In this document: in pieces, positions 45,632 to 53,951 of the stretch | Layout of the letters: each line of letters starts with the position of its first letter | How positions within the stretch are numbered: position 1 is the stretch's first letter | Source: a virus | Taxonomy: Duplodnaviria; Caudoviricetes | DNA: 64,000 bases | Direction: 5' to 3' (one strand) | IMG/VR virus record: IMGVR_UViG_3300012347_000104 | Location: 1-64,000 of that record | Notes under the pieces: generated by a model | Databases searched by the model: none | Seen by the model: only the letters and a program-made list of their open reading frames with translations | Told to the model about the DNA's origin: nothing | Translations under genes and position numbers: made by a program

Positions 45632-46378
45632 TTATCTTACGACTAATTTATCCACAGTGCCCTGTGAACTAACGAATTCGACACGAACATATGGATGAAA
45701 ACCTTCGATAGTGTAAACATCACCCTGTGTGCTTTCAATGTAAGAAGTTGAGCCACCTATGTTATACCAATCACCGTTAGGAACAGTGGAACCTTGGACC
45801 TGTGCAGTACCACTGTAATCTGTCAAAAATGATTGGATAGTAAGAACCGGGTTGTATTCTGTATTGATAATATCGCTGTAGAACGTTACAGTATTATTAT
45901 TTGGGGCAGTATGTGATGGTACACCCATTTCCATCGATGGCACGTGAGCTGGTAGAATACTATTAGTAATTTCAATCGTACCTCTTGCGCCTGCATCTCC
46001 TGCAACAAATACAGGTAAGTCAAATGAGTCTACTGGAATCTCTATAGAATAGACTGCTTTTTGGGCTTGCATGATATCAAGTTCAGATGATTGGACACGC
46101 AATTCCATCAAACCGGTAAGTGGTAAAACAGGATGTAATGCTGATTGAAGCAATGTTACTGTTCCGGCGCTACTGATGATTCTACAAGTGATTTCCTTAC
46201 CTGTTACGTCAATTGGTTTTTGTTCTTGATTTAAGAACTGGAACTGTATTCTATTGTCAACTCCTTTGTGAAGTTTTAGATTCTTAGCGTACACGGTTTG
46301 GTATCTCCTTGGTGATGAGCCAGTAATCAACACAACGATTTGTCTTGGGATGTAAAAATAAACTGATGTTGAGTACAC
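45632..46378 (-). CDS. putative virion structural protein
   Basis: beta-rich, ends FHPYVRVEF; GTG start with TAAGGAG; late motif upstream. Confidence 0.55.
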   Translation of the reverse strand: MYSTSVYFYIPRQIVVLITGSSPRRYQTVYAKNLKLHKGVDNRIQFQFLNQEQKPIDVTGKEITCRIISSAGTVTLLQSALHPVLPLTGLMELRVQSSELDIMQAQKAVYSIEIPVDSFDLPVFVAGDAGARGTIEITNSILPAHVPSMEMGVPSHTAPNNNTVTFYSDIINTEYNPVLTIQSFLTDYSGTAQVQGSTVPNGDWYNIGGSTSYIESTQGDVYTIEGFHPYVRVEFVSSQGTVDKLVVR

Positions 46379-46460
46379 TATATGGCTCCTTATACTCTAT
46401 TTATGACAAATAAAATAATGGGTTTTGCCCGAAGATAAATATTCCTAGACGACAAAAATA

Positions 46461-46841
46461 ATGATTCACAACGAATTCTTCCAGAAACTAACCGAAAATC
46501 ACCCGTTCATCACGGTATGTTCTTACGCAGGACAGGACTATGTGGGGATTGTCCAAAACAGGGACGATATCGTTACCACTATATACGATTACGGCTCTAT
46601 CATTGAGCATAATATGCGTGAAAGATTTTTAGAACTAGGGGACATTTGGTGGTGGGAATCCAACAGATTAGTCCCCATTAATATGTTCTTAAAGGATGAC
46701 TGGTCGATGTTCAAGCCATATCTAAGAACATTCAACAACAAGAGCCTAACAGTTATTCACGGACCTATATGTAGTATGCTTGAACTAAGCAAACGCAAGA
46801 GCAAAAGAAAATCAATTACTCTCGTCAAGAGAATGTCCTAA
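46461..46841 (+). CDS. hypothetical late protein
   Basis: 126 aa; GATAAATA at 46434-46441; convergent overlap with DnaE fragment B. Confidence 0.65.
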   Translation: MIHNEFFQKLTENHPFITVCSYAGQDYVGIVQNRDDIVTTIYDYGSIIEHNMRERFLELGDIWWWESNRLVPINMFLKDDWSMFKPYLRTFNNKSLTVIHGPICSMLELSKRKSKRKSITLVKRMS

Positions 46842-47408
46842 TCCCTCAGCAAGTAGATTCATATGCACTACGACTAGATTTGCGTAGGCAATAGCATGAC
46901 TTTTCTTAAAACTGTATCCGTCATCATACTTCTCCCACACCGACTTAGCAACATCTTTCCAAGATAATCCAATCAAGTACTTCTTTGCAGGACGAATCGC
47001 TGCAAGAAACATCGCAAGTCTGGGAATACTATCAATAGGTTCAGGCATCTTTTGCATACTGTTGTAGTGATTGCTCAAGTGAATCAACTTCTCAACAAAA
47101 GACCTATCGTTAAGTTTAGACCAATCAGGTTCTCTCATTAACTCAATTAAATGCTGTTCATCACGTACATGTGTGTAAACGTGAACATTCAACAAGTCTA
47201 ACTTAAAATAGCCACGTGCTTCTGCGTCAGTGTAGTCGATATTAGCCATATTGTTTAGTGCATCATATGGCACATCAGTGATGTGTACACCTGTTGCATG
47301 TTTACGTATAGGCGTGACATTGCGCATCGCAGCAGGAATGTGCTTGATGTGTTCTAAGATAGCATCACGACTACCAAAGTCAATGTCAATATCTGATTGA
47401 AATTTCAT
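46812..47408 (-). CDS. dnaE: DNA polymerase III alpha (DnaE)-like fragment B: catalytic aspartates and truncated fingers
   Basis: SDIDIDF, RKHATGV, GYFKLDLL, AAIRP, GYSFKKSHAIAYA = DnaE PDxDxDF, KHAxG, KxDxL, A(L)xRPG, YxFNKSHxxAY. Confidence 0.85.
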   Translation of the reverse strand: MKFQSDIDIDFGSRDAILEHIKHIPAAMRNVTPIRKHATGVHITDVPYDALNNMANIDYTDAEARGYFKLDLLNVHVYTHVRDEQHLIELMREPDWSKLNDRSFVEKLIHLSNHYNSMQKMPEPIDSIPRLAMFLAAIRPAKKYLIGLSWKDVAKSVWEKYDDGYSFKKSHAIAYANLVVVHMNLLAEGLGHSLDESN

Positions 47409-47965
47409 CGTGGCGCCATCAATCCTGCTTTAATCATTTTCATATATGCTTGTTGCACAACAATAGCTTGTCGTTCGGCATCCTCTACGGCTTTGTGACT
47501 AGTAACGTGTCCACCGTCTTTAAGTTTAACCCCTGCAACTTCATATAAAGTTCGTGTATCTCGTACCGACCAGAAAGGCCAGGGTATAGGATTAGGTTTG
47601 TCAGATACTTGTCGCCATGCATGTTCCATAACAACACAGTCAAAACTTGCACCGTTACTCCATACTGCTCTACGATTCCAACAAAACTTGTACAATTTCT
47701 CCATACAATCTGCAAATGATTCCCTGCCCCAATCGCCCATTGCTTCTTCGATGGCTTCAGGAGATTGCTCACCCCACCAGCGTAGCGTATCATCGTTGAT
47801 GGTTCTTCCATACTTGTCTGTTTGGTCTTCAATTGTCGGGCGTAGTTCTAACCGTTCAACAACACCTGAACCCTTAGGGTCAAATCTCACTGCACCAATA
47901 GTTAGAATCACACAATCAGGTGTTGTATTCAAACTCTCGATGTCAATCATAATATCATTTGCCAT
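47405..47965 (-). CDS. DEDDh 3'-5' exonuclease (Rv2179c-like)
   Basis: MIDIESL, WSNGASFD, RDTRT, HKAVEDA. Confidence 0.85.
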   Translation of the reverse strand: MANDIMIDIESLNTTPDCVILTIGAVRFDPKGSGVVERLELRPTIEDQTDKYGRTINDDTLRWWGEQSPEAIEEAMGDWGRESFADCMEKLYKFCWNRRAVWSNGASFDCVVMEHAWRQVSDKPNPIPWPFWSVRDTRTLYEVAGVKLKDGGHVTSHKAVEDAERQAIVVQQAYMKMIKAGLMAPR

Positions 47966-48164
47966 TTTTGTTACTCGTATAAGGTTGTTCTATTCTAGGT
48001 AATCCGCAATCAGCACAGTTGCATCTAGCTACTGATGTGCCCATCCATTCATTGCGCTCAATCACTTCATAACTTGTCCATCGATGCCATCCTAAACGAC
48101 ACTTCCATGATTGTATAGGTTTAAGTCCTGCGACTGTTCGCCATGTGTTCTCTGCTGTGTTCAT
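47955..48164 (-). CDS. small Cys/His protein (CRLGWHRW family)
   Basis: C..GWH.W...C.C..CG; paralogous motif in 58421..58675. Confidence 0.55.
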   Translation of the reverse strand: MNTAENTWRTVAGLKPIQSWKCRLGWHRWTSYEVIERNEWMGTSVARCNCADCGLPRIEQPYTSNKNGK

Positions 48165-48448
48165 GTCTTCCACATTTCATACATAAATTTTAACTTGTCG
48201 TCCCATATCTCAACATTGATAGTGCCAGCAGTGGTGTTCAGCATAAAGTCCCATCCTGAGCCACGGTCTCCCATGTTCGCTCGTAGCCATTTTACAATAG
48301 TTGCAGGATCTTCTTTCTTGAACCTAAAGTCATATATGTAGTATGTTCTACCACCCCAAGTAGACTTAGTATCCCTACACTCGGTGGTGTTTTTTGCCGG
48401 TAAGGGCACGTATGTGCCTGTACTTCGTCCTAATGCTGAAATTGCCAT
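48161..48448 (-). CDS. LRW-family small protein (divergent)
   Basis: W.R.N.G..G..W core; ends DDKLKFMYEMWKT. Confidence 0.6.
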   Translation of the reverse strand: MAISALGRSTGTYVPLPAKNTTECRDTKSTWGGRTYYIYDFRFKKEDPATIVKWLRANMGDRGSGWDFMLNTTAGTINVEIWDDKLKFMYEMWKT

Positions 48449-48449
48449 G

Positions 48450-48668
48450 TTATAGATAAGTTAATGAAAACCATGTTGCTAACAATTCCGTATAGAATGT
48501 GAACACAGTATGTCTATTATACTCTAAATGACCATTAATGTAATCATGTTTGGGCGTAAAGTATTCAAAATCAAAGTCAACGCCCTGCACATACCCGCGA
48601 TGGCGCAGCTCTTTAACTACGTCCAAAACTTCGCCGGATCTCCAATCAGGTACCGTAACTTTTTTCAT
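48450..48668 (-). CDS. LRW-family small protein (divergent)
   Basis: ends FTFYTELLATWFSLTYL. Confidence 0.6.
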   Translation of the reverse strand: MKKVTVPDWRSGEVLDVVKELRHRGYVQGVDFDFEYFTPKHDYINGHLEYNRHTVFTFYTELLATWFSLTYL

Positions 48669-48919
48669 TGCGGGAACATCAACAAAAAGAAAGTTGCCAT
48701 TCTTTCATCTTCTAGCGTTAGTTTCCAAACGCGGTGATGACTGGTGTATGACTCACCGTCACTCGTTTCTTTTATCACCTGCTCATTGTATTCTTTGGCA
48801 ACCCAACCCTGACCACCGATTGAGTTATGCAAGTAGTGCATACGTGGTCCGATATTCTTTGCGAGCCATTGTTCTTCTGAGCCGCGAAGGTGATGTTTAA
48901 GATTTATTGTTATTCCCAT
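48665..48919 (-). CDS. LRW-family small protein (divergent)
   Basis: WLAKNIGP core; ends LEDERMATFFLLMFPQ. Confidence 0.6.
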   Translation of the reverse strand: MGITINLKHHLRGSEEQWLAKNIGPRMHYLHNSIGGQGWVAKEYNEQVIKETSDGESYTSHHRVWKLTLEDERMATFFLLMFPQ

Positions 48920-49155
48920 CTCAATCTAAACAATGTTACGAACTCATCCTTACATAACATTATTTCTCCGAATTCAGTATTGTCTATCCAGTAGCTGTCT
49001 TCAATGTCTTCACGATACCCACTAGGTCCGAAGTTTTTCTTGCACCATTTCTTAATCTCTTTGGCGTCAACTTCTCCTTGACCCTTCCATGAGACAGTAT
49101 GGATGTTCCTTTTACTACCGTAGTAGTTTTCTTTTCTGAATGTAAACGAACTCAT
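48910..49155 (-). CDS. LRW-family small protein
   Basis: WCKKNFGP core; ends KDEFVTLFRLRWE. Confidence 0.7.
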   Translation of the reverse strand: MSSFTFRKENYYGSKRNIHTVSWKGQGEVDAKEIKKWCKKNFGPSGYREDIEDSYWIDNTEFGEIMLCKDEFVTLFRLRWE

Positions 49156-49385
49156 CCGAACCTCAACAAAAAGTTAATGTACTTTTCTTCGTCAATAATC
49201 TCAGCACCTAGTACAACTACTGCATGTCCGTGTTGTCCGAATTCAACTTTTAACCCATGCTCTTGTTCACAAAACGTATCAAAGTGCTGGTCTTCTTCAT
49301 CTAATGGAAGTGTTTCTCTCTTCCAGGTTCTGACTGCTTTTGTTATTGTTTGAATCAATTCCGGCGTTACTTCTACTGTACTCAT
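49152..49385 (-). CDS. LRW-family small protein
   Basis: ends IIDEEKYINFLLRFG. Confidence 0.65.
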   Translation of the reverse strand: MSTVEVTPELIQTITKAVRTWKRETLPLDEEDQHFDTFCEQEHGLKVEFGQHGHAVVVLGAEIIDEEKYINFLLRFG

Positions 49386-49386
49386 A

Positions 49387-49647
49387 TTATTCCCATCTTA
49401 ACACAAACCAATTACGGTCTTTCTCTGTCCTAAACCAAAACTTTGCATTGTTTACATACCATCTGCTGTTCGGCGTCCATACACCATCTTCAGGTGTAGG
49501 ACCGAATGTCTCAACACACCACTCGACCATTTTATTCCAAGTATCAACACCACCCCAATCTTGGTCTAAGTCCCATGAGGGAATAGGTTGTATAGTGTAA
49601 TATCTAGCACCATACACTCGGCCCTCTTCACATATTAAGCCTGTCAT
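49387..49647 (-). CDS. LRW-family small protein
   Basis: WCVETFGP core; ends FRTEKDRNWFVLRWE; start by ATGA overlap. Confidence 0.7.
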   Translation of the reverse strand: MTGLICEEGRVYGARYYTIQPIPSWDLDQDWGGVDTWNKMVEWCVETFGPTPEDGVWTPNSRWYVNNAKFWFRTEKDRNWFVLRWE

Positions 49648-49880
49648 ATCCAACGCCATATGAACCACTGATAGTCTTTCTCTCGTTGAAAGTAGTATGT
49701 GACCCCTTTACCCTCATGCACAATGTAGATTCTACTACGGATATTTTCTTGTAGATTATCCCATAGCCATTGCTCACGCTCTTGAACCTTCTCATCATCA
49801 ACTTCAAAGCCGTGTTCATCTCCAACAGTCTTAAAGAAAGAACTGTAGGGCCATATCTCTTTTTTAAGTACTCTACTCAT
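49644..49880 (-). CDS. LRW-family small protein
   Basis: ends FQREKDYQWFIWRWI; start by ATGA overlap. Confidence 0.7.
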   Translation of the reverse strand: MSRVLKKEIWPYSSFFKTVGDEHGFEVDDEKVQEREQWLWDNLQENIRSRIYIVHEGKGVTYYFQREKDYQWFIWRWI

Positions 49881-50182
49881 AGCCACCTCAAGCTGAACCA
49901 CTCGGCGTGTTCTTTTTTCTTAAACATATATGTAGTACCAAAGTTACTCCAAATCTTCTTTTCCACGCCTATCGTGAAATTACACCATTCTTCAATCTCA
50001 ACAGGATGCTTCATGTCTTTGAATCGTTCAAGTCTCACTACGTACCAACCGTTCATTTTCATCATGTCAACCATAATTTCATTGTCAATTTCTTCTTGGA
50101 TAATCTTTGCGTATGCTGTTGCAATTGTATCTAAGTCGTTATCTCCGGCCTTCATTGTATAGTTGGCACTAAATTGTTTCAT
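49877..50182 (-). CDS. LRW-family small protein
   Basis: EEWC core; ends FKKKEHAEWFSLRWL; start MKQFSAN by ATGA overlap. Confidence 0.7.
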   Translation of the reverse strand: MKQFSANYTMKAGDNDLDTIATAYAKIIQEEIDNEIMVDMMKMNGWYVVRLERFKDMKHPVEIEEWCNFTIGVEKKIWSNFGTTYMFKKKEHAEWFSLRWL

Positions 50183-50523
50183 GTCCATCTTAGTGTCATC
50201 CAAGTTAAAAATTCTTCGTTCACCAAAAGTCTTACCATCGCATAATGACAGCCGTCTGTTTCTTCTGCATACTTCCACATGTGCGGGGGTTGAGTAAGCA
50301 CCCATTGTTCAACGATTGGGCTAACATCAATTGCTATGCAGTTATGTGAGTATAACACAGTTTCGTTTTGATTCTCAACAATTAGGTAAGGCTTGAACCC
50401 AACCATCCCGTTTTCTACTTTAAATGGGCTAAATGGGTCACCGGGCTTAGTAAACTTTTCAGTAGCTTGTTCTTGAACCTTGCCACCGAACACCTTTAGC
50501 ATTCTGTTTATCTTTTCTAACAT
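50179..50523 (-). CDS. LRW-family small protein
   Basis: ends VNEEFLTWMTLRWT; start by TAATG overlap. Confidence 0.7.
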   Translation of the reverse strand: MLEKINRMLKVFGGKVQEQATEKFTKPGDPFSPFKVENGMVGFKPYLIVENQNETVLYSHNCIAIDVSPIVEQWVLTQPPHMWKYAEETDGCHYAMVRLLVNEEFLTWMTLRWT

Positions 50524-50705
50524 TAACTCCACCTCAACTTAAACCACATTGCATCTTTCTCGTCACTGAAAAAGTAATCTACTTTAGAATTATCAAAAGT
50601 GTTGTATCCATCCATGTGTATATCATTGCTAATATAACTCGGGCAATGTTCTTTAGCCCAATCAACTGGTGCCCATAATGGGGTGTATGGTATTGTAACT
50701 GTCAT
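50523..50705 (-). CDS. LRW-family small protein
   Basis: WAKEHCP core; ends FSDEKDAMWFKLRWS. Confidence 0.7.
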   Translation of the reverse strand: MTVTIPYTPLWAPVDWAKEHCPSYISNDIHMDGYNTFDNSKVDYFFSDEKDAMWFKLRWS

Positions 50706-50950
50706 GACCATTTCAACACAAACCAAGAAAACTTCTTTTCATCGATGACATTGTATCCAACTATCTCGTTATGATAATCTGACAACAGTACCTCTACCCC
50801 GCATTTGGTTTCTAGAAAATGTAGGTAAGCATCTTCTTTGATTTGACCAGTGATAACTTTTGCTTCTGGTGGCAACTCAATAGGCTTTTTCAGAAATTCA
50901 TTCTGCCCTTGTCTAACTACAATCTTTTTTACAAGTTCTAAATCCATCAT
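50702..50950 (-). CDS. LRW-family small protein
   Basis: ends VIDEKKFSWFVLKWS. Confidence 0.7.
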   Translation of the reverse strand: MMDLELVKKIVVRQGQNEFLKKPIELPPEAKVITGQIKEDAYLHFLETKCGVEVLLSDYHNEIVGYNVIDEKKFSWFVLKWS

Positions 50951-51162
50951 GACCACCTCAATATGAAAAATGTTCTATCTGCTTCTGAGTTAAATGCCCA
51001 ATGCTGTTCCGGGTTGTCACTAAAACTACCTTGCTTGTTCATTAACAAAGTCTTATAGTTCTGCACCATCCATGTCCAATAGGGTGTTTCAAAGTGATTG
51101 ATATGGTCACGAAAGTATGTGTTTGAGTTTAACCAGTATGGTTCTTTCTCGCAGTAAACCAT
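50947..51162 (-). CDS. LRW-family small protein
   Basis: ends FNSEADRTFFILRWS. Confidence 0.7.
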   Translation of the reverse strand: MVYCEKEPYWLNSNTYFRDHINHFETPYWTWMVQNYKTLLMNKQGSFSDNPEQHWAFNSEADRTFFILRWS

Positions 51163-51479
51163 TATCTACTCAATTCTTTTATCATGTTAAATTTACTAAT
51201 AGCATCAAGTACGGTATTCCAGGCATCAACTTCTGCTACACTCGGTAAATGGTCAGTGGAATCGTATGGATCATGAGCTGGTAGTTCTGACCAAAGACTA
51301 ACCCTAAGACCATGCGAATGGGTCGCACGTGATTCTCTCCAATCAGTATACTCGCTATCCCAATAATATACTCCGTAGCCCTCACTATCATCACCTAGTG
51401 ATGGTTTCTTATAAGCAAGGTAATAACCCTCTTTAGAAGGTCTATGGTCTTCTATATGGTACCAAATACTTGTAATCAT
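51162..51479 (-). CDS. hypothetical protein with DUF551-like W....RP...G.YL...W motif
   Basis: WYHIEDHRPSKEGYYLAY...VSLWSELP. Confidence 0.55.
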   Translation of the reverse strand: MITSIWYHIEDHRPSKEGYYLAYKKPSLGDDSEGYGVYYWDSEYTDWRESRATHSHGLRVSLWSELPAHDPYDSTDHLPSVAEVDAWNTVLDAISKFNMIKELSR

Positions 51480-51883
51480 GTCCACCTCAACAAAAACATC
51501 ATATAGTCTTGTTCATTCATAAAAGCAAAGTAAACAAAGTCAATTCCGCCGATATCATTAAAAGTGTCTTCATATACTCTATGAATGTCCATGCGATACT
51601 TGAATCTACATTTACTTTCACACCAGTCACGCATATCTTCGTAACCAAATCTAATCCCACCGGGACCATAGTCATACACTACGCTGTAAGCATAACTAGT
51701 TTTTCTATCTGCTACATAGACATGTTTATATCCACAATAGTAGTCGCTAACTCTATTAGCTTGGTAATGAACATTAGAGTCACGGCAATGCCGGTAGACT
51801 CGCCAAGAACTATAGCCACTCTTTTCTAGCTTGCGTTTGGCTTTCCAAACTCTATATCTAGCTTTTAATCTTAGTGCCATCAT
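51476..51883 (-). CDS. LRW-family protein with N-terminal extension
   Basis: DWCESKC core; ends FMNEQDYMMFLLRWT. Confidence 0.7.
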   Translation of the reverse strand: MMALRLKARYRVWKAKRKLEKSGYSSWRVYRHCRDSNVHYQANRVSDYYCGYKHVYVADRKTSYAYSVVYDYGPGGIRFGYEDMRDWCESKCRFKYRMDIHRVYEDTFNDIGGIDFVYFAFMNEQDYMMFLLRWT

Positions 51884-52137
51884 AAGGACAATATATCAAA
51901 TGCCGTAGCATACTGTACTTCAGGTTCCATGTGAAAGCCCGAGCCCCATATTACCCAAACCTTACGCTTATATGCTTTTGTCCAAAACAAAGGAGCACCT
52001 GTAATGCTTCTACGAGGCCAGATGACAAACGTTTCTTTCCATGGATAGCAATCTGCTCCATCAGTGATAATGTCTGTGCGTCCCATTTCTGCTCTATCTA
52101 AATTCCATCCTAGACTTCTAGTCCAATCAATTTTCAT
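51880..52137 (-). CDS. hypothetical Trp-rich protein
   Basis: 85 aa, ATGA-coupled both sides. Confidence 0.55.
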   Translation of the reverse strand: MKIDWTRSLGWNLDRAEMGRTDIITDGADCYPWKETFVIWPRRSITGAPLFWTKAYKRKVWVIWGSGFHMEPEVQYATAFDILSL

Positions 52138-52403
52138 ACTCTGTATGAGGCCATTGTTTTGTCTTCTAATATCTCACCTGCAAACGCATACATAAAAGCT
52201 AGATAAGCATCACGCAATTCAAAATGAATCACATCACAGTTATCTTTGCGTCTAAATGCATGTTCGATGTGCCAGCGACTGAATGAACCTTTACCGGGAT
52301 AATCTTCACACCATGTAAACATTTCATTAGTAACCATAGCTACTTTAAACTGATAGATGAATGAGGGGTTTTGATTGCCGCCGCCGCCATAGAACTTTTC
52401 CAT
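52134..52403 (-). CDS. LRW-like small protein (divergent)
   Basis: TWCEDYP core; IHFELRDAYLAFMYAF. Confidence 0.55.
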   Translation of the reverse strand: MEKFYGGGGNQNPSFIYQFKVAMVTNEMFTWCEDYPGKGSFSRWHIEHAFRRKDNCDVIHFELRDAYLAFMYAFAGEILEDKTMASYRV

Positions 52404-52405
52404 AG

Positions 52406-52843
52406 TTATCTCTGTAATATTGCCCACATGTCAAGTTTGTGTTTCATGTCTTCTGCTTTTCTTTCAGCGGTTTGACGGTCTTTGATTGCTTGGTCTTTAA
52501 GATACTCGGCTGTTGTGATTTCTTGTTTCAATTCAGCAAATACATCCATGATAGTTCTTGCTTGTAGGTTCTTAATTTCTTTCTGGTCTTGCGCTGACAT
52601 AAAATGCAAGTGCTCAATCTCACCTTCAAGATGACTGATATACTGTCCGGGATGGTAATCACACCCGTTCACTATGCTACGAAAATTACAGAATGTATCA
52701 TCCATACCTGCATACTCTAAGTCATCGATGATTGCACCTTTAGTGCGTTGCATGATTGTAGCAAGACGAACTCGCACAGGGTCCTCATCATAACGAATGA
52801 TGTGGTCGATAAGTTCATTATCTGTTAAGTGATTCAAATTCAT
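52406..52843 (-). CDS. hypothetical coiled-coil protein
   Basis: start MNLNHL 6 nt after GGAG. Confidence 0.6.
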   Translation of the reverse strand: MNLNHLTDNELIDHIIRYDEDPVRVRLATIMQRTKGAIIDDLEYAGMDDTFCNFRSIVNGCDYHPGQYISHLEGEIEHLHFMSAQDQKEIKNLQARTIMDVFAELKQEITTAEYLKDQAIKDRQTAERKAEDMKHKLDMWAILQR

Positions 52844-52845
52844 TT

Positions 52846-53172
52846 TTAGCTCCATCGTAACATAAACCATTCGTAATCTTTGCTATCTCTAAAGAAAATC
52901 TGGTCTTCATAAGTGTGTACCCAACGTGACCATGCATCGGGGAATCTAGGCTGAGGTCCGAAGTTGTCAGTACACCATTCTTGTACCTCATTGTATTTTC
53001 TATGGTCAAAATTTGCTTTGAACCAGTTAGCACGACTGAATTGATATTTAGGTTTCATAATCTTTGGTATGTAAGGTTCATAGTAGAAACCAAGTGTACA
53101 TAGTTGTTTTTGTGCAGTCATCATTATCTCTTTGCACAAGTTTTCTTGGTAGGGGTGAAGTTTGTAATTCAT
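52846..53172 (-). CDS. LRW-family protein
   Basis: EWCTDNFGP core; ends FRDSKDYEWFMLRWS. Confidence 0.7.
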   Translation of the reverse strand: MNYKLHPYQENLCKEIMMTAQKQLCTLGFYYEPYIPKIMKPKYQFSRANWFKANFDHRKYNEVQEWCTDNFGPQPRFPDAWSRWVHTYEDQIFFRDSKDYEWFMLRWS

Positions 53173-53456
53173 GACCACTTTAATGAAACATACATGAACA
53201 ATGATTCATGTAAATTGTATGATGATGTATAGTGCATTGACGACCAGGGTACTGAACCTTCAAAACACTTTTCCTCGTTTTCTTCGCATTGTTTTTGTAG
53301 CCACGCATCTAGTGAATTGCTATGCACAGCAATAGTAAACCACTTGCTACCGTCAAACTCAGTTTCTTCGGTCACGGTGAATCTAGGTGCAGTTATAGAA
53401 GCTACACTCACTGTATGAGGGTACATACTAGAGATATCATTGTTTAAAATATTCAT
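53169..53456 (-). CDS. LRW-family small protein
   Basis: DAWL core; ends LHESLFMYVSLKWS. Confidence 0.65.
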   Translation of the reverse strand: MNILNNDISSMYPHTVSVASITAPRFTVTEETEFDGSKWFTIAVHSNSLDAWLQKQCEENEEKCFEGSVPWSSMHYTSSYNLHESLFMYVSLKWS

Positions 53457-53686
53457 AGCCACCTCAAACTAAAATGAATCGCATCTTCTTCTTTGTAAAA
53501 GTAGAAGTCCATATAATATGTTGTTGGATGAGTACTATACCTTGTACCGGATAAACCAAACTGCTCGATTGCCCAAGCACATGCTTCATTCCAATCGGTA
53601 ATGATTCCACCTTTCTTCCAGGGGATGCGTACTCTAGTACCCCGCCAGTGTGAGGGTGTCTCTAATTTGCTGTCTAAGATTTTCAC
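53453..53686 (-). CDS. LRW-family small protein
   Basis: WAIEQFG core; ends FYKEEDAIHFSLRWL; GTG start 5 nt after GGAG. Confidence 0.7.
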   Translation of the reverse strand: MKILDSKLETPSHWRGTRVRIPWKKGGIITDWNEACAWAIEQFGLSGTRYSTHPTTYYMDFYFYKEEDAIHFSLRWL

Positions 53687-53687
53687 A

Positions 53688-53951
53688 TCAGCTCCAGCGA
53701 AGAATGAACCAAGCCTTTTGAGCCTCTGACTTGAATTCAATATAATTGCTATTGTATAAATTAACAGCACCGTACTCTGCTAACTTGTCCTCGAAACTAT
53801 GAAGATGATCCATCATGTCAGTACTATCTTCTATACCATCGCAGAAGTTACCAAACGCGGCAGCACCCGTAGGGTCATCAATTACGTCTAGTAATTTAAT
53901 ATCCGGCAGCTCGGAGGGTATCTTGGATTTGTTGTTTAAGATTTGCGTCAC
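53688..53951 (-). CDS. LRW-family small protein
   Basis: ends FKSEAQKAWFILRWS. Confidence 0.7.
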   Translation of the reverse strand: MTQILNNKSKIPSELPDIKLLDVIDDPTGAAAFGNFCDGIEDSTDMMDHLHSFEDKLAEYGAVNLYNSNYIEFKSEAQKAWFILRWS

